DNA of 64,000 nucleotides from Parcubacteria group bacterium (GTDB lineage: Bacteria > Patescibacteriota > Minisyncoccia > Moranbacterales > JAKLHP01): assembly GCA_041657845.1 (NCBI GenBank), contig JBBABD010000001.1:14255-78254 (forward strand), given 5' to 3'. This document shows positions 38,374-47,905 of the stretch, piece after piece. The position numbers and the translations under genes are program-made. Under the pieces are notes generated by a model that did not search any database, was not told the DNA's origin, and saw only the letters and a list, made by a program, of their open reading frames with translations. Numbering within the stretch: the stretch's first letter is position 1; each line of letters begins with the position of its first letter.

Positions 38374-38718
38374 ATGAAATTACAACTTTATCAAATCATC
38401 ATTTTTGCAATCTCCGCTTTTATGATTTTTCAGGGAGTCAAAAACTTTATCAGCGGTAAAAGCGGACAGACAATCTACAAACTATCGATTCGAATAATTG
38501 TTTGGGGCGGAATGGCAATTGTTACCATTTTCCCCAAGCTTATTCATCTCTTGGCCAAAACTCTCGGGATCATAGATAATATGAATGCGGTAGTTTTGAC
38601 CGGATTTCTGCTGGTTTTTCTGATGATATTCAAACTGCTCTCGGCTATTGAGCGCCTAGAGCAACAGCTTTCGGAGGTTACCAGAAAAGACGCGCTAAGA
38701 GGAATGAAAGACAAATGA
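38374..38718 (+). CDS. Small membrane protein (DUF2304/GtrA-like partner of GT2).
   Basis: 114 aa with 3-4 TM helices. It lies immediately downstream of the GT2 gene. Confidence 0.45.
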   Translation: MKLQLYQIIIFAISAFMIFQGVKNFISGKSGQTIYKLSIRIIVWGGMAIVTIFPKLIHLLAKTLGIIDNMNAVVLTGFLLVFLMIFKLLSAIERLEQQLSEVTRKDALRGMKDK

Positions 38719-39863
38719 AAATTATTATTTTTTGCCCATATTATTCTCCGCACATTGGAGGCCTTGAAACTCACGCCGATGAGTTCAACAAATATCTATC
38801 TCAGAGAGGGATAGATATAACTGTTTTTACGCCCAGATTACCGAAAAACGCACCTGAGAATGAAATAAGATATGGCAATGTAAAGATCATGAGGTTTCCA
38901 GCTTTTGAAATAATTTCAAACTATCCCCTGCCGAAATTCTGGACAAAAAAATATCGGGATTTAAAAAAAGAGATAAAAAAAGAAAAATATGACATTGTTA
39001 TTTCCAGAACCAGATTTTTCAACACTTCCCTGTTGGCGCTGATATATTCAAAAACAAAAAAAACAAAATGGATCCACATCGAACACGGATCCGATTTTGT
39101 AGAACTGTCGAGTAATCTGAAAACACTGCTTGCAAGATTCTATGATTATACATTCGGAAGACTCATATTCAAAAATTCTGATATTAATATTTCAATTTCC
39201 AGAGCAGTTAAAAAGTTTGTTTATAAATTTGACAAGCGCGAATCGCCTGTTATTTATCGCGGGCTTGATCTGGGAGAAATAGACAATATAATTCCCGACA
39301 TTGAAACAAAAAATAAATATGAGGGAAAAATAATAATTTCTTTTGTTGGAAGATTATACAAATGGAAAGGCGTAAAAAACAGCATCGAAGCGATAAAATC
39401 ACTCCCCGAAGAAATAAAGAAAAAAATTGTTTTTTTGATAATCGGAGATGGAGAAGATTTCTCCTATTTGAAAAAAATTTCCGAAAATGAAAAAACAATA
39501 GAAATGTTAGGCAACCTGCCCAGAGAAAAAGCTATTGCTATTCTAAAAATTACTGACATTTATCTCCATTCAGCGTATCCGGGCGGAGGCTTGTCTACTT
39601 CCCTGCTTGAAGCAATGTATTGCGGATGCGCAGTCATTGCTACTCCGAATGAAGGAGCGGATGAAGTGATCGAAAATGATAAAAATGGAATTTTAATAGA
39701 AACCGCAAATTCTGTCGACATTACAAAAAATTTGTTAAAATTGATCAATAATATAAATTTAAAAATGTTTATCCCTGACAATGGTAAAGTTTCAGTAAAA
39801 AATAAATTCAACTGGATGCCGTCAATTGAAACCTACAATAAAATTTTTAATAAGTTAAAATGA
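38715..39863 (+). CDS. GT4 glycosyltransferase.
   Basis: It carries 'GGLSTSLLEAMYCGCAVIATPNEGADEVIENDKNGILIE'. Confidence 0.75.
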   Translation: MKIIIFCPYYSPHIGGLETHADEFNKYLSQRGIDITVFTPRLPKNAPENEIRYGNVKIMRFPAFEIISNYPLPKFWTKKYRDLKKEIKKEKYDIVISRTRFFNTSLLALIYSKTKKTKWIHIEHGSDFVELSSNLKTLLARFYDYTFGRLIFKNSDINISISRAVKKFVYKFDKRESPVIYRGLDLGEIDNIIPDIETKNKYEGKIIISFVGRLYKWKGVKNSIEAIKSLPEEIKKKIVFLIIGDGEDFSYLKKISENEKTIEMLGNLPREKAIAILKITDIYLHSAYPGGGLSTSLLEAMYCGCAVIATPNEGADEVIENDKNGILIETANSVDITKNLLKLINNINLKMFIPDNGKVSVKNKFNWMPSIETYNKIFNKLK

Positions 39864-40846
39864 ATATTAAAAACAAAATTTCACCACTCGTAGAACTTTT
39901 AAGAGGATTGGTTTCCTATTTGCCCGGTTTCGATGCTCCTGTATTCACCAGAACCGGCGGAACAAATTCTGCCAGATATTGTTATTCGGTCTGGCTAAGG
40001 CATCTTGTTATGGCAAAAGAAAGTGGCGTTTTTTCCGAGATGCCGAAAGTTATCGCCGAGCTGGGACCGGGAGATTCTCTGGGCATGGGGCTGGCAGCTC
40101 TACTCTCGGGAGGGGAAAAATATTACGCCTTTGACGTAGTAAAATATGCCGACATTGAAAAAAATCTGGAGATATTGGATGAATTAATCGAACTTTTCAG
40201 ATTAAAAAAATCCATCCCCAATGATAAAGAATTTCCGCTAGTAAAACCGTACCTTGAAAATTATTCCTTTCCAGATGAGATATTGAATGAGGAGTTATTA
40301 AAAAACAGCTTAAAGGAAGAAAGGTTGGATCTCATTCGTGAATCGATAAAAAATCCCGAAAAGGAAAAAGGTATGATTGTCTATCAGGTTCCATGGAATG
40401 ATTCGTCAATCATCAAGAAAAATTCCGTTGATATGATTTTTTCTCAAGCAACGCTGGAACACGTGGATGACATTGAAAATACTTACCAGATTATGTATGA
40501 ATGGCTAAAACTGGGTGGCTTTATTTCTCATCAGATAGACCTTAAATGCCACGGCACTTCCGAAGAATGGAACGGCCACTGGACTTATTCCGATCCAGCT
40601 TGGAAAGTTATCAGGGGCAAGAGACAATGGCTACTTAACAGGCTCCCCTGTTCCGAACATATAAAATTATTGGAGAAAAATAATTTTAATTCCATTTGCA
40701 TAAAAAAAATAAAAACTCCTTCAAAGATCGCCAGAAAATCTTTAGCAGATAAGTTTAAGAGTGTCTCCGAAGAAGATCTAAAAATCAGCGGAGTATTTTT
40801 TATAGCGGAGAAATATGGCGGAAAAAATAACCGAAATGGAAGATGA
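39860..40846 (+). CDS. Class-I SAM-dependent methyltransferase (putative).
   Basis: Motif I is 'ELGPGDSLGMGLAAL' and the post-II block is 'IFSQATLEHVDD'. Confidence 0.45.
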   Translation: MNIKNKISPLVELLRGLVSYLPGFDAPVFTRTGGTNSARYCYSVWLRHLVMAKESGVFSEMPKVIAELGPGDSLGMGLAALLSGGEKYYAFDVVKYADIEKNLEILDELIELFRLKKSIPNDKEFPLVKPYLENYSFPDEILNEELLKNSLKEERLDLIRESIKNPEKEKGMIVYQVPWNDSSIIKKNSVDMIFSQATLEHVDDIENTYQIMYEWLKLGGFISHQIDLKCHGTSEEWNGHWTYSDPAWKVIRGKRQWLLNRLPCSEHIKLLEKNNFNSICIKKIKTPSKIARKSLADKFKSVSEEDLKISGVFFIAEKYGGKNNRNGR

Positions 40847-42338
40847 AGATTTAAAAGAATCTATAAATGAAATTGCTCAAGGAGCCAGTGTGTCTTTTGT
40901 ATTCGGACTGGCTGGTTATTTATTAATTTTCATTTTCAAATTATTAGCAGCAAGATACCTCGGACCGGAAAAATATGGGGTTTTTGAATTAGGAAATACC
41001 CTTTTTCTTGTGTTTGTTTTAATTTCTTCCTTAGGAATTCTAACTGGAATAGCGCGATTTATACCCTATTATCTGAAGAAAAAAGAATTCTCGCTTTTGC
41101 ATGGATATGTCAGTTTCGTGTTTAAATTTCCTCTTATAGCTTCCATAATTGTCGGAAGCATAGCATTCTTGAGTTCAGATTTCATTGCCAGTTTTTTTAA
41201 TCGCTCATCCGACTTTGCATTGTTCATAAAAATAATAAGTTTAGCAATTCCATTAAAAGTTCTAAGCAACACAGCCAGACAGATTATAACATCAAGAAAA
41301 AAAATATTCTACAAAAGCTTTAGTGAAGCTATCATAGAAAAATTTATATTATTTTGCGGATTGGGATTAATTTCATTCTTCAATCTTTCACTATTATATA
41401 TATTTATTACATTATTATTTTCAACATTAATATCGTTGATATTCGAACTTTTTATTTACAAAAAAATAAAATTACCTTTAGCGCAAAATGAAACAACTCT
41501 GCACAAAGAGTGGATATTATTTTCTCTGCCATTGTTTTTAAGCGGTTTTTTCAATTATTTTATAAAATGGAGTGACAACATAGTTATCGGTAAAATGCTG
41601 GCAGTATCTTTCTTGGGTATTTATGCAATAGCCTATTCCATTGGCGATGTTTTGGGATTTTTCCAAAATATTTTCATGTCCATACTTAACCCTATTTTTT
41701 CCGAAAAATATGCTTTGGATAAAAACGACGAGCTTAATTTTCTTTTTAAAAAAGTATCTACTTGGGCTTTCGGACTCGCATTCCCCTTGTTTATTTTCAT
41801 TCTAATTTTCGGAAAAGATTTCCTGACTTTATTCTACGGAAATAGTTATTCCTCCGGATATCTCCCATTGATAATAATAAGCTCGGGATTAATGTTTTTT
41901 CTAGCCACGGGACCAAATGAGTCTATATTGATATTGCATAAAAAAACCGGATTCATTTTTAAAGTGAACACTTTCGTTGCCATACTCAATATATTCTTGA
42001 ATATAGTTTTAATTAAATATTTAGGCATTGCTGGAGCCGCTCTGGCATCTGCCTTTTCTATGGCACTAAGAAGTTTGATCACTTTTGTCGAAGCAAAAAA
42101 AATAAGCGCAATCTCCGTAAATAATAGTGCTTATTTTAAATTTATAGTCTCGGCATTTATCACTTATGCATTAGTTTTGCTAACTAAAAGTTTTATTTTC
42201 AAAAACGGCCTTGCAATGCTTTTATTATTTGGATTTGGAACAACCATCATTTATTTTTTAGCATCTTACCTGACTAAAGCAATAACCAAAGAAGATATTT
42301 GGACAATTTTATCATTAGTAAAGAAAAAACAATTATGA
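40815..42338 (+). CDS. Wzx-like polysaccharide flippase (MOP superfamily), second copy.
   Basis: 507 aa with ~14 TM helices and Polysacc_synt-like topology. Confidence 0.65.
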   Translation: MAEKITEMEDEDLKESINEIAQGASVSFVFGLAGYLLIFIFKLLAARYLGPEKYGVFELGNTLFLVFVLISSLGILTGIARFIPYYLKKKEFSLLHGYVSFVFKFPLIASIIVGSIAFLSSDFIASFFNRSSDFALFIKIISLAIPLKVLSNTARQIITSRKKIFYKSFSEAIIEKFILFCGLGLISFFNLSLLYIFITLLFSTLISLIFELFIYKKIKLPLAQNETTLHKEWILFSLPLFLSGFFNYFIKWSDNIVIGKMLAVSFLGIYAIAYSIGDVLGFFQNIFMSILNPIFSEKYALDKNDELNFLFKKVSTWAFGLAFPLFIFILIFGKDFLTLFYGNSYSSGYLPLIIISSGLMFFLATGPNESILILHKKTGFIFKVNTFVAILNIFLNIVLIKYLGIAGAALASAFSMALRSLITFVEAKKISAISVNNSAYFKFIVSAFITYALVLLTKSFIFKNGLAMLLLFGFGTTIIYFLASYLTKAITKEDIWTILSLVKKKQL

Positions 42339-42379
42339 ACTAAATGATAACGGGGGTATTTTTAATATTATTACCTGTT

Positions 42380-43147
42380 CTAAAATGAATTATTTATTCT
42401 CCCTACTATAAAATTTATCATTTCCTTCTGATGCAAATTTATTGAGCGATAATGAACCGTAATCGCCAAAACTCCATCGTCCAAGTTAGAATTTTTAATG
42501 ATATCTTCTATATTTTTTTTTGTTATACACTGGATCCTGTAATTGAATATTTCCTTGTGCTTTCCAAAATCCAAAATTTTAGGATAACACAAGTTTCTGT
42601 TTCTAAAATAATTCTTATAAATTTTAAGAAAAGATTTAAGATATATTCGATTGAATTGAATTTCTCTTGGAAGTGGCCCCATTCCCCTGCTTATGTATTT
42701 GTATCCGACTTTTTCTGCTGCTGATATTGCCTCTCTTGAAAATCTATCATGAGGAGCTACTATGGTATCAATTTCAATATTAAACGCTTTTTCTAATAGT
42801 TTCTTCCCTTCCGCAAGCTCTCGGGCTAGTATGCCTAGATCCCTTCTCTCCATTTCAAATTTTCCATCATAATTCTTATGAGTAAGCCCGTGCTGGTAAA
42901 TTTTGACTTTTCCTTCTTTTATTTTCGTTTTCAAAAAATAAACCAACTCCTTGTTCATTGCGATGGGATAATTTTCATTTTTATTTTCCATACATAATTG
43001 CATAGGGATAGCTCCACTAACTAATCCAACATTAGGAATTACCGCAAAGTTAATCGGTATTCTATCCCAAATATCTCCATATGCAAATTCAATTTGACTT
43101 ACCTTCGTAAAATATGACAAATCGTCATCTCTAAGCATTAATTTCAT
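42380..43147 (-). CDS. Putative polysaccharide-deacetylase-like protein (DUF2334-like).
   Basis: 'LRDDDLSYF' and 'QHGLTH' resemble the DDD/HGxxH metal-binding blocks of deacetylase-like folds. Confidence 0.3.
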   Translation of the reverse strand: MKLMLRDDDLSYFTKVSQIEFAYGDIWDRIPINFAVIPNVGLVSGAIPMQLCMENKNENYPIAMNKELVYFLKTKIKEGKVKIYQHGLTHKNYDGKFEMERRDLGILARELAEGKKLLEKAFNIEIDTIVAPHDRFSREAISAAEKVGYKYISRGMGPLPREIQFNRIYLKSFLKIYKNYFRNRNLCYPKILDFGKHKEIFNYRIQCITKKNIEDIIKNSNLDDGVLAITVHYRSINLHQKEMINFIVGRINNSF

Positions 43148-43164
43148 AATAATAATATAAAAAA

Positions 43165-43761
43165 TTATTTCAAAGAAAGGCTAGCAAAAATTTTGGATTT
43201 TGTTTCCCTAAGTGGGAGTTTTTCAAAAATAGGATTATAACGATCGGGGTAAAATGTTTTATACTCCAAAACTTTAAAGCCGTGTCTTTCTGCCAGATTG
43301 AACAAATTTTGTTTGCTATACCAATTCACATGTTCAGGATTATCAATATTTTCAATATTAAATAAAAGTTTCATGATTCTTGCTATATTTCCAAATGCAA
43401 AAACATTGGGCGTCGTTATAATCAATTTACCTTCTTTTTTCAAATGCTTTCTCGCGGAACATAAAAATTTCCCCGGATTAGATAAATGTTCGATCAATTC
43501 TCCCGCTATTATTATATCGAATTTATCATTTAAATTAAACTCTTCCGCATCCGCGCAGATTGCGTTGTAACCTTTTGATTTTAACATATTAACATCATCT
43601 TCTAGGCAATCAATTCCAATCGTTTCCTTGGCTTCATTTCTTATTTTATCGTGCAACCAATTCGGATTGGATATTGATTTTTCCCAATTGTGCTGGACAA
43701 ACCCAACATCCAGTACTTTTTTGCCCTTGATATAAGGCTTCAATAGTTCAATTCTTTTCAT
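43165..43761 (-). CDS. Class-I SAM-dependent methyltransferase.
   Basis: It has 'KKVLDVGF' (motif I) and 'DIIIAGELIEHLSNP' (motif II/III). Confidence 0.6.
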   Translation of the reverse strand: MKRIELLKPYIKGKKVLDVGFVQHNWEKSISNPNWLHDKIRNEAKETIGIDCLEDDVNMLKSKGYNAICADAEEFNLNDKFDIIIAGELIEHLSNPGKFLCSARKHLKKEGKLIITTPNVFAFGNIARIMKLLFNIENIDNPEHVNWYSKQNLFNLAERHGFKVLEYKTFYPDRYNPIFEKLPLRETKSKIFASLSLK

Positions 43762-44903
43762 TTGCGCAAATTTTTATTGATTATTTCACTTACAATTTCA
43801 CTCATTTTCCCCGAAAAATTATCCCACGTTCCATTTTTCTCGATATTTTTTCGAGCCTCTTTCCCTATTTCTAATATTTTATTCTGATTGTTATAAAAAA
43901 ATAATATCTTTTCTTTTATAGCTTCTGTATTCCTAATTGGAATTATAAAACCGTCTATTCCGTTTCTTATAATTGATCCGGAGTTTTCTGTACAAATAAC
44001 TGACAATCCGCAAGCCATTGCTTCTTTTATTACTCTCGAGGATCCCTCACTTAAGGATGGATGGACAAGAACGGAGGATTGATGATAGAAATCAATTGGA
44101 TCGGAATGTTTTATAAACTTGATATTTTTAAAACTTTTATATCTGTTGAAAATAACTTGCATTTCTTTACTGGGGTTTCCAAGCAGAACCAACTCGCTTC
44201 TTTTTAAATCCATTTTGGACCATGCCTCAAGCAAATATTGAAATCCTTTGAGAAGTCCGCAATTGGCCATCGCCAAAACTCTAAATACGTTATCTGTTTT
44301 TTCCCCGGGTTTGAATTTTTTCGTATCTATGCCTCCGGTTAAAACAAAAATATTTTCTGGTTTAAAACCTGCTTTCACATATGTTGATTTGCAATATTCG
44401 GATTGGGAAATAATATATTTAGAGCTGACAAGCGATTTTTCCAAATGATCTGCTTTGTACTCTTGGGGAAAATTAAATCCGTATTTCAAAAATTCCTGTT
44501 TATTCATATCAGAAATCATTCTTCCAGTAGCACTGGTTCCAATATTTATCGTAATTTTCCCCATTCGGTTAAATTTTTGACAGGTTCTCCTGAATGAATA
44601 TGGATGGAATATAATTATATTAGCATCATCTTTTTTAAAATAAGCGAAAAAATCAAGAACTGAATAAATGTCGACTCTGATGTGGAAAAATTTTTTAAAT
44701 AAATAAATTATTTGAAAAATTATTTTTCCTCCTAAAACAATCTTTTTAAATCTCGGATCATTTCCTTTATAATCACGACAATACACATTAGAAATGTTAT
44801 CTTTCAAGCTTTCAAAAATGGCTCTGGCATAATCAGATTTGAGATTTTTCAGTTCTCCTAAGTCGGCAATCGTATAAAGAGATACTTTTATTTTTTTCGA
44901 CAT
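43758..44903 (-). CDS. GT4 glycosyltransferase.
   Basis: It carries 'HPSLSEGSSRVIKEAMACGLSVICTENSG'. Confidence 0.7.
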   Translation of the reverse strand: MSKKIKVSLYTIADLGELKNLKSDYARAIFESLKDNISNVYCRDYKGNDPRFKKIVLGGKIIFQIIYLFKKFFHIRVDIYSVLDFFAYFKKDDANIIIFHPYSFRRTCQKFNRMGKITINIGTSATGRMISDMNKQEFLKYGFNFPQEYKADHLEKSLVSSKYIISQSEYCKSTYVKAGFKPENIFVLTGGIDTKKFKPGEKTDNVFRVLAMANCGLLKGFQYLLEAWSKMDLKRSELVLLGNPSKEMQVIFNRYKSFKNIKFIKHSDPIDFYHQSSVLVHPSLSEGSSRVIKEAMACGLSVICTENSGSIIRNGIDGFIIPIRNTEAIKEKILFFYNNQNKILEIGKEARKNIEKNGTWDNFSGKMSEIVSEIINKNLRK

Positions 44904-45646
44904 ATGTATATCTGGTTAAGCCCTAAATTTCTTATCAAAGGAATTTTCGACAGAAACAGTTCTGACTTAAATAATATTTTTTCAGGAAGTAAAATAATTT
45001 TTTTTCTTCCGGGAAAAACAGTAAACTTTTCAATCTTGATAATTTCAAATCCCGATTCATCAAGCAGTTTTCGAAACTCTTTTTCCGTCGCGGTATTTAT
45101 GATTTTTCCTTTTTCTTTCAGTAAATTTTTTCTAATCCAAAATTGAATGCCAAGCAATGAAAATCTATTTATATGATTATTGATAATCAAATATCCATCG
45201 TCTTTTAAACATTTACACAATTCTGCAAGAATTATGCCCTTATTTTCTTTCTCCATATTAAGAAATAGTCTGAAGGAAGTTATCAAATCGAATTTTTTTC
45301 CATCTAGAAGATTTTTATTTTCCACTATATTTCCGCATAAAAAATCAGCATTAGTTTTCTTTTTAGCTTCTTCCAACATAGCAAATGAAGTGTCTATGCC
45401 AATAATCTCTTTAAAATTAAACTCTTTATTTAAGTATTCTATTATTCTTCCTGTCCCACAAGCAAAATCCATATAACTAACTTTTCCGAGATTTCTAAAA
45501 TTTCCAGAAACAATTCGCTTTAGAAAATATTTTTCTAACTCCCAAATAAACAATTCGAATTTATTTTCTATTTTTTTATCATATCCCTTTCCTCTTTTTG
45601 AATTATTTTGATAGCTCTTAGTATAATTTGATTTGTAATTTTCCAT
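44888..45646 (-). CDS. Class-I SAM-dependent methyltransferase.
   Basis: It has 'MDFACGTGRIIEYL' and 'FDLITSFRLFLNM'. Confidence 0.6.
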   Translation of the reverse strand: MENYKSNYTKSYQNNSKRGKGYDKKIENKFELFIWELEKYFLKRIVSGNFRNLGKVSYMDFACGTGRIIEYLNKEFNFKEIIGIDTSFAMLEEAKKKTNADFLCGNIVENKNLLDGKKFDLITSFRLFLNMEKENKGIILAELCKCLKDDGYLIINNHINRFSLLGIQFWIRKNLLKEKGKIINTATEKEFRKLLDESGFEIIKIEKFTVFPGRKKIILLPEKILFKSELFLSKIPLIRNLGLNQIYICRKK

Positions 45647-46445
45647 TTTCGAATTTTTTAATTAAATAATTTAAGTATAAATTTATTATAAATTTTTTTA
45701 ATCTATAAATAAAGCTACTGGACATATAGGGTTTTCCTTTTTTCAATAATTCAATGAAAATCTTATTCAGTAGATCTTCTTTAATTTCAAATTTTGAATT
45801 CTGCATATATCCATCTAAAAAATATCTAGTTATTAATTTTCGCTGTCTAAATAATAGCATCTCATAAATTAGATTAGTTGGATAAATATTTTTTATAAAT
45901 CTTAGAATATCCTCATAAATTAATTCCTTCCTAGGCATTGGATCGAGTATTACCACTTTTTCGTTATCCAAAAAAATTAAATTTTTTTCATTTAAATCGC
46001 CATGAATTTTGGAAATAGGAATGTTTTCTTTGCTATATCTAATAAAATTTTCATTATGAAAATTCGCCAAAAAATTTCCTATTCCAACAAATTTTTTTTC
46101 TATATTCCCCATTTTTCCCCAAAATATAGATTTAATTAAATAATGGTAAAAACCAATACCATTATAATAATCCATACAAATTACTTTTTGAGAAATCGTC
46201 TTTACATTGGGAACAATAACCACGTCAGATTTTATTTTCACGAGATCATTATAAGATTCTATTTCTTCTTTTGCTAATCTTTTACTATCGAATTTTTTAA
46301 AAAAATAATCACCCTTTCCAGTTGACAGCATGAAGCTGTCGGCATAATAACCTTTATGTATTTGATAAATTTTAGATGAATTATTTTCTGCTTCAAATAG
46401 TTTCAAATCTTCTTTAATCTTATATTTTTTTATCAATTTTTTCAT
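45618..46445 (-). CDS. Phosphotransferase-family kinase (APH/choline-kinase-like).
   Basis: The Brenner motif 'IHGDLNEKNLIF' and 'VVILDPM' (DxxxxN...D) are present. Confidence 0.5.
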   Translation of the reverse strand: MKKLIKKYKIKEDLKLFEAENNSSKIYQIHKGYYADSFMLSTGKGDYFFKKFDSKRLAKEEIESYNDLVKIKSDVVIVPNVKTISQKVICMDYYNGIGFYHYLIKSIFWGKMGNIEKKFVGIGNFLANFHNENFIRYSKENIPISKIHGDLNEKNLIFLDNEKVVILDPMPRKELIYEDILRFIKNIYPTNLIYEMLLFRQRKLITRYFLDGYMQNSKFEIKEDLLNKIFIELLKKGKPYMSSSFIYRLKKFIINLYLNYLIKKFENGKLQIKLY

Positions 46446-46487
46446 TCAAGAATTGCTTAAAAAAATTAACTTATTGAACAATTTAGA

Positions 46488-47234
46488 TTATTTATTATTT
46501 TTCTTTGCAAGGTAAAAAACGGTACTTTCGAGACCATATTTCATTTTGTTAAAAGGGTAAAAGCAGAAGTACAATATGGGCTTTAGAATCTTATGTATTG
46601 CTATTTTCTTTAAGTTCCATGTTCTATATTCAAGTGGTTTGCTCATAAAATAAACTACATCATAACCACAATCTTTTAACAATTCAAATATTCTCCATGG
46701 AGAATACTCTTCAAAATGCAATTCTGACATTAAGTCAGTCTTCCCGAAAAAAAACAATTTAATTACATTCTCTATTCTATAAATACTTGGAGTAGAAATT
46801 ATTATATACCCCCCCTTTTTCATTTTTCTGCTTACTTCATTAAGCAATCCATCGGGATTATCAACGTGTTCTATTATGTTATTGCATATAACTATATCGA
46901 AATATTCATTTTGCATGGGTATATTCATCGCGTCACATGAAATAAAACTTATTTCTTTAAAAATACTTCTTGCTTTATTGATAGCTATCCCCGATTTATC
47001 TATACCAAAAACATCCGCTTTTTCAAACAAGTTTTTTATTTCATACGTAATATAGCCTTCTCCGCATCCAACATCTAAAATCTTTGGTTCTTTAGTATTT
47101 AATAATTTTTTTGCCTTTAAGCAAAGCTTCTTTGTAAAATAAATTCTTCTTTTTTGGAATTCTGATTCGATGTTGTTTTTTACTTTATACGGATCTCCAT
47201 TTTCATATTCATCATTTTTTAAAATTTTATTCAT
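46488..47234 (-). CDS. Class-I SAM-dependent methyltransferase.
   Basis: It has 'ILDVGCGEGYIT' and 'DIVICNNIIEHV'. The first ATG is at 47234; the six-frame ORF extends through the poly-G tract from a TTG. Confidence 0.6.
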   Translation of the reverse strand: MNKILKNDEYENGDPYKVKNNIESEFQKRRIYFTKKLCLKAKKLLNTKEPKILDVGCGEGYITYEIKNLFEKADVFGIDKSGIAINKARSIFKEISFISCDAMNIPMQNEYFDIVICNNIIEHVDNPDGLLNEVSRKMKKGGYIIISTPSIYRIENVIKLFFFGKTDLMSELHFEEYSPWRIFELLKDCGYDVVYFMSKPLEYRTWNLKKIAIHKILKPILYFCFYPFNKMKYGLESTVFYLAKKNNK

Positions 47235-47249
47235 TTTTAAATCAGAACA

Positions 47250-47271
47250 CCCCCCCCCCCCCCCCCCCCCC
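47250..47271. repeat. Homopolymeric C22 (G22 on the minus strand) tract.
   Basis: There are 22 consecutive C. The tract lies 16 nt upstream of the methyltransferase ATG and abuts the GC-rich end of the IS200-like element. Confidence 0.8.
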
Positions 47272-47905
47272 GCCAAAGGCGGTGGCTTGATGAATAGGGT
47301 CGCCTCAAAGGCGATCAGCCTTCATCTCACGCTTAGGTGTTAATTAATTAGCTTTTGTTAATATTTATCGTCTTCTTCTTGCTGTTCTCTGATATATTTT
47401 TGATTATCTCTTCGTCGAATCCGATGGTTAAAACTGCATATCCTCTTGCCCAGAAATGCGCTCCGGTGTAATTTCTGTCTTTTTCTCCCATCCTTGCGAC
47501 TGCAATAGCGCTTTTCCCTTTCATGAATCCGATAACTGAGGCTACGGCATATTTGGGCAGGATTTCAATACACATGTGGACGTGGTCTTTGGTGAGATTT
47601 CCTTCGGTGATTTTGCTTTCTTTCTGCTCTGCCAGTTCGTGGAGGATTTTTGCCAGTTCTGTCCTGATTTTACCATAGATTACACTTTTTCTTTTCTTGG
47701 GTATAAATATTATATGATATTTGCAATTCCATTTTGAGTGAGATAAACTTTGATAGAGATTAGGCACAATATTGTTAGTGAACGAAGACTCTTTATCAAG
47801 CCAAGTTCATTATACATTATTGTGCCTTTTTTCTTGTGGTTGCGGCAACGGTAAAACCTTTTCGAGTCTCACTAGTAGAACTAGCGGTTTACCTTCTGGG
47901 AAAAA
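47272..47905 (-). mobile_element. IS200/IS605-family insertion sequence (tnpA only).
   Basis: It contains a Y1 HUH transposase. The subterminal sequences are GC-rich and imperfectly palindromic ('gccaaaggcggtggc', 'gcctcaaaggc', 'aggcacaata...tattgtgcct', 'ctagtagaactag'). The boundaries are approximate. Confidence 0.6.
47348..47767 (-). CDS. tnpA: IS200-like Y1 transposase TnpA.
   Basis: It has 'DHVHMCIEI' (HuH) and 'GAHFWARGY' (catalytic Tyr). Its length is 139 aa. Confidence 0.85.
   Translation of the reverse strand: MPNLYQSLSHSKWNCKYHIIFIPKKRKSVIYGKIRTELAKILHELAEQKESKITEGNLTKDHVHMCIEILPKYAVASVIGFMKGKSAIAVARMGEKDRNYTGAHFWARGYAVLTIGFDEEIIKNISENSKKKTININKS

Noticed and set aside
46488-47276. 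A six-frame ORF start reading MAGGGGGGG through the poly-G tract.
   Set aside because: Its first codon is TTG and no ribosome-binding site is present. The methyltransferase core begins at the ATG at 47234, so the upstream part is treated as 5' leader containing the homopolymer.
47768-47905. A 10-bp inverted repeat 'aggcacaata ... tattgtgcct' as a single large hairpin.
   Set aside because: The loop would be 46 nt. The sequence more likely contains separate subterminal IS200 LE structures. The exact end hairpins cannot be assigned by eye.
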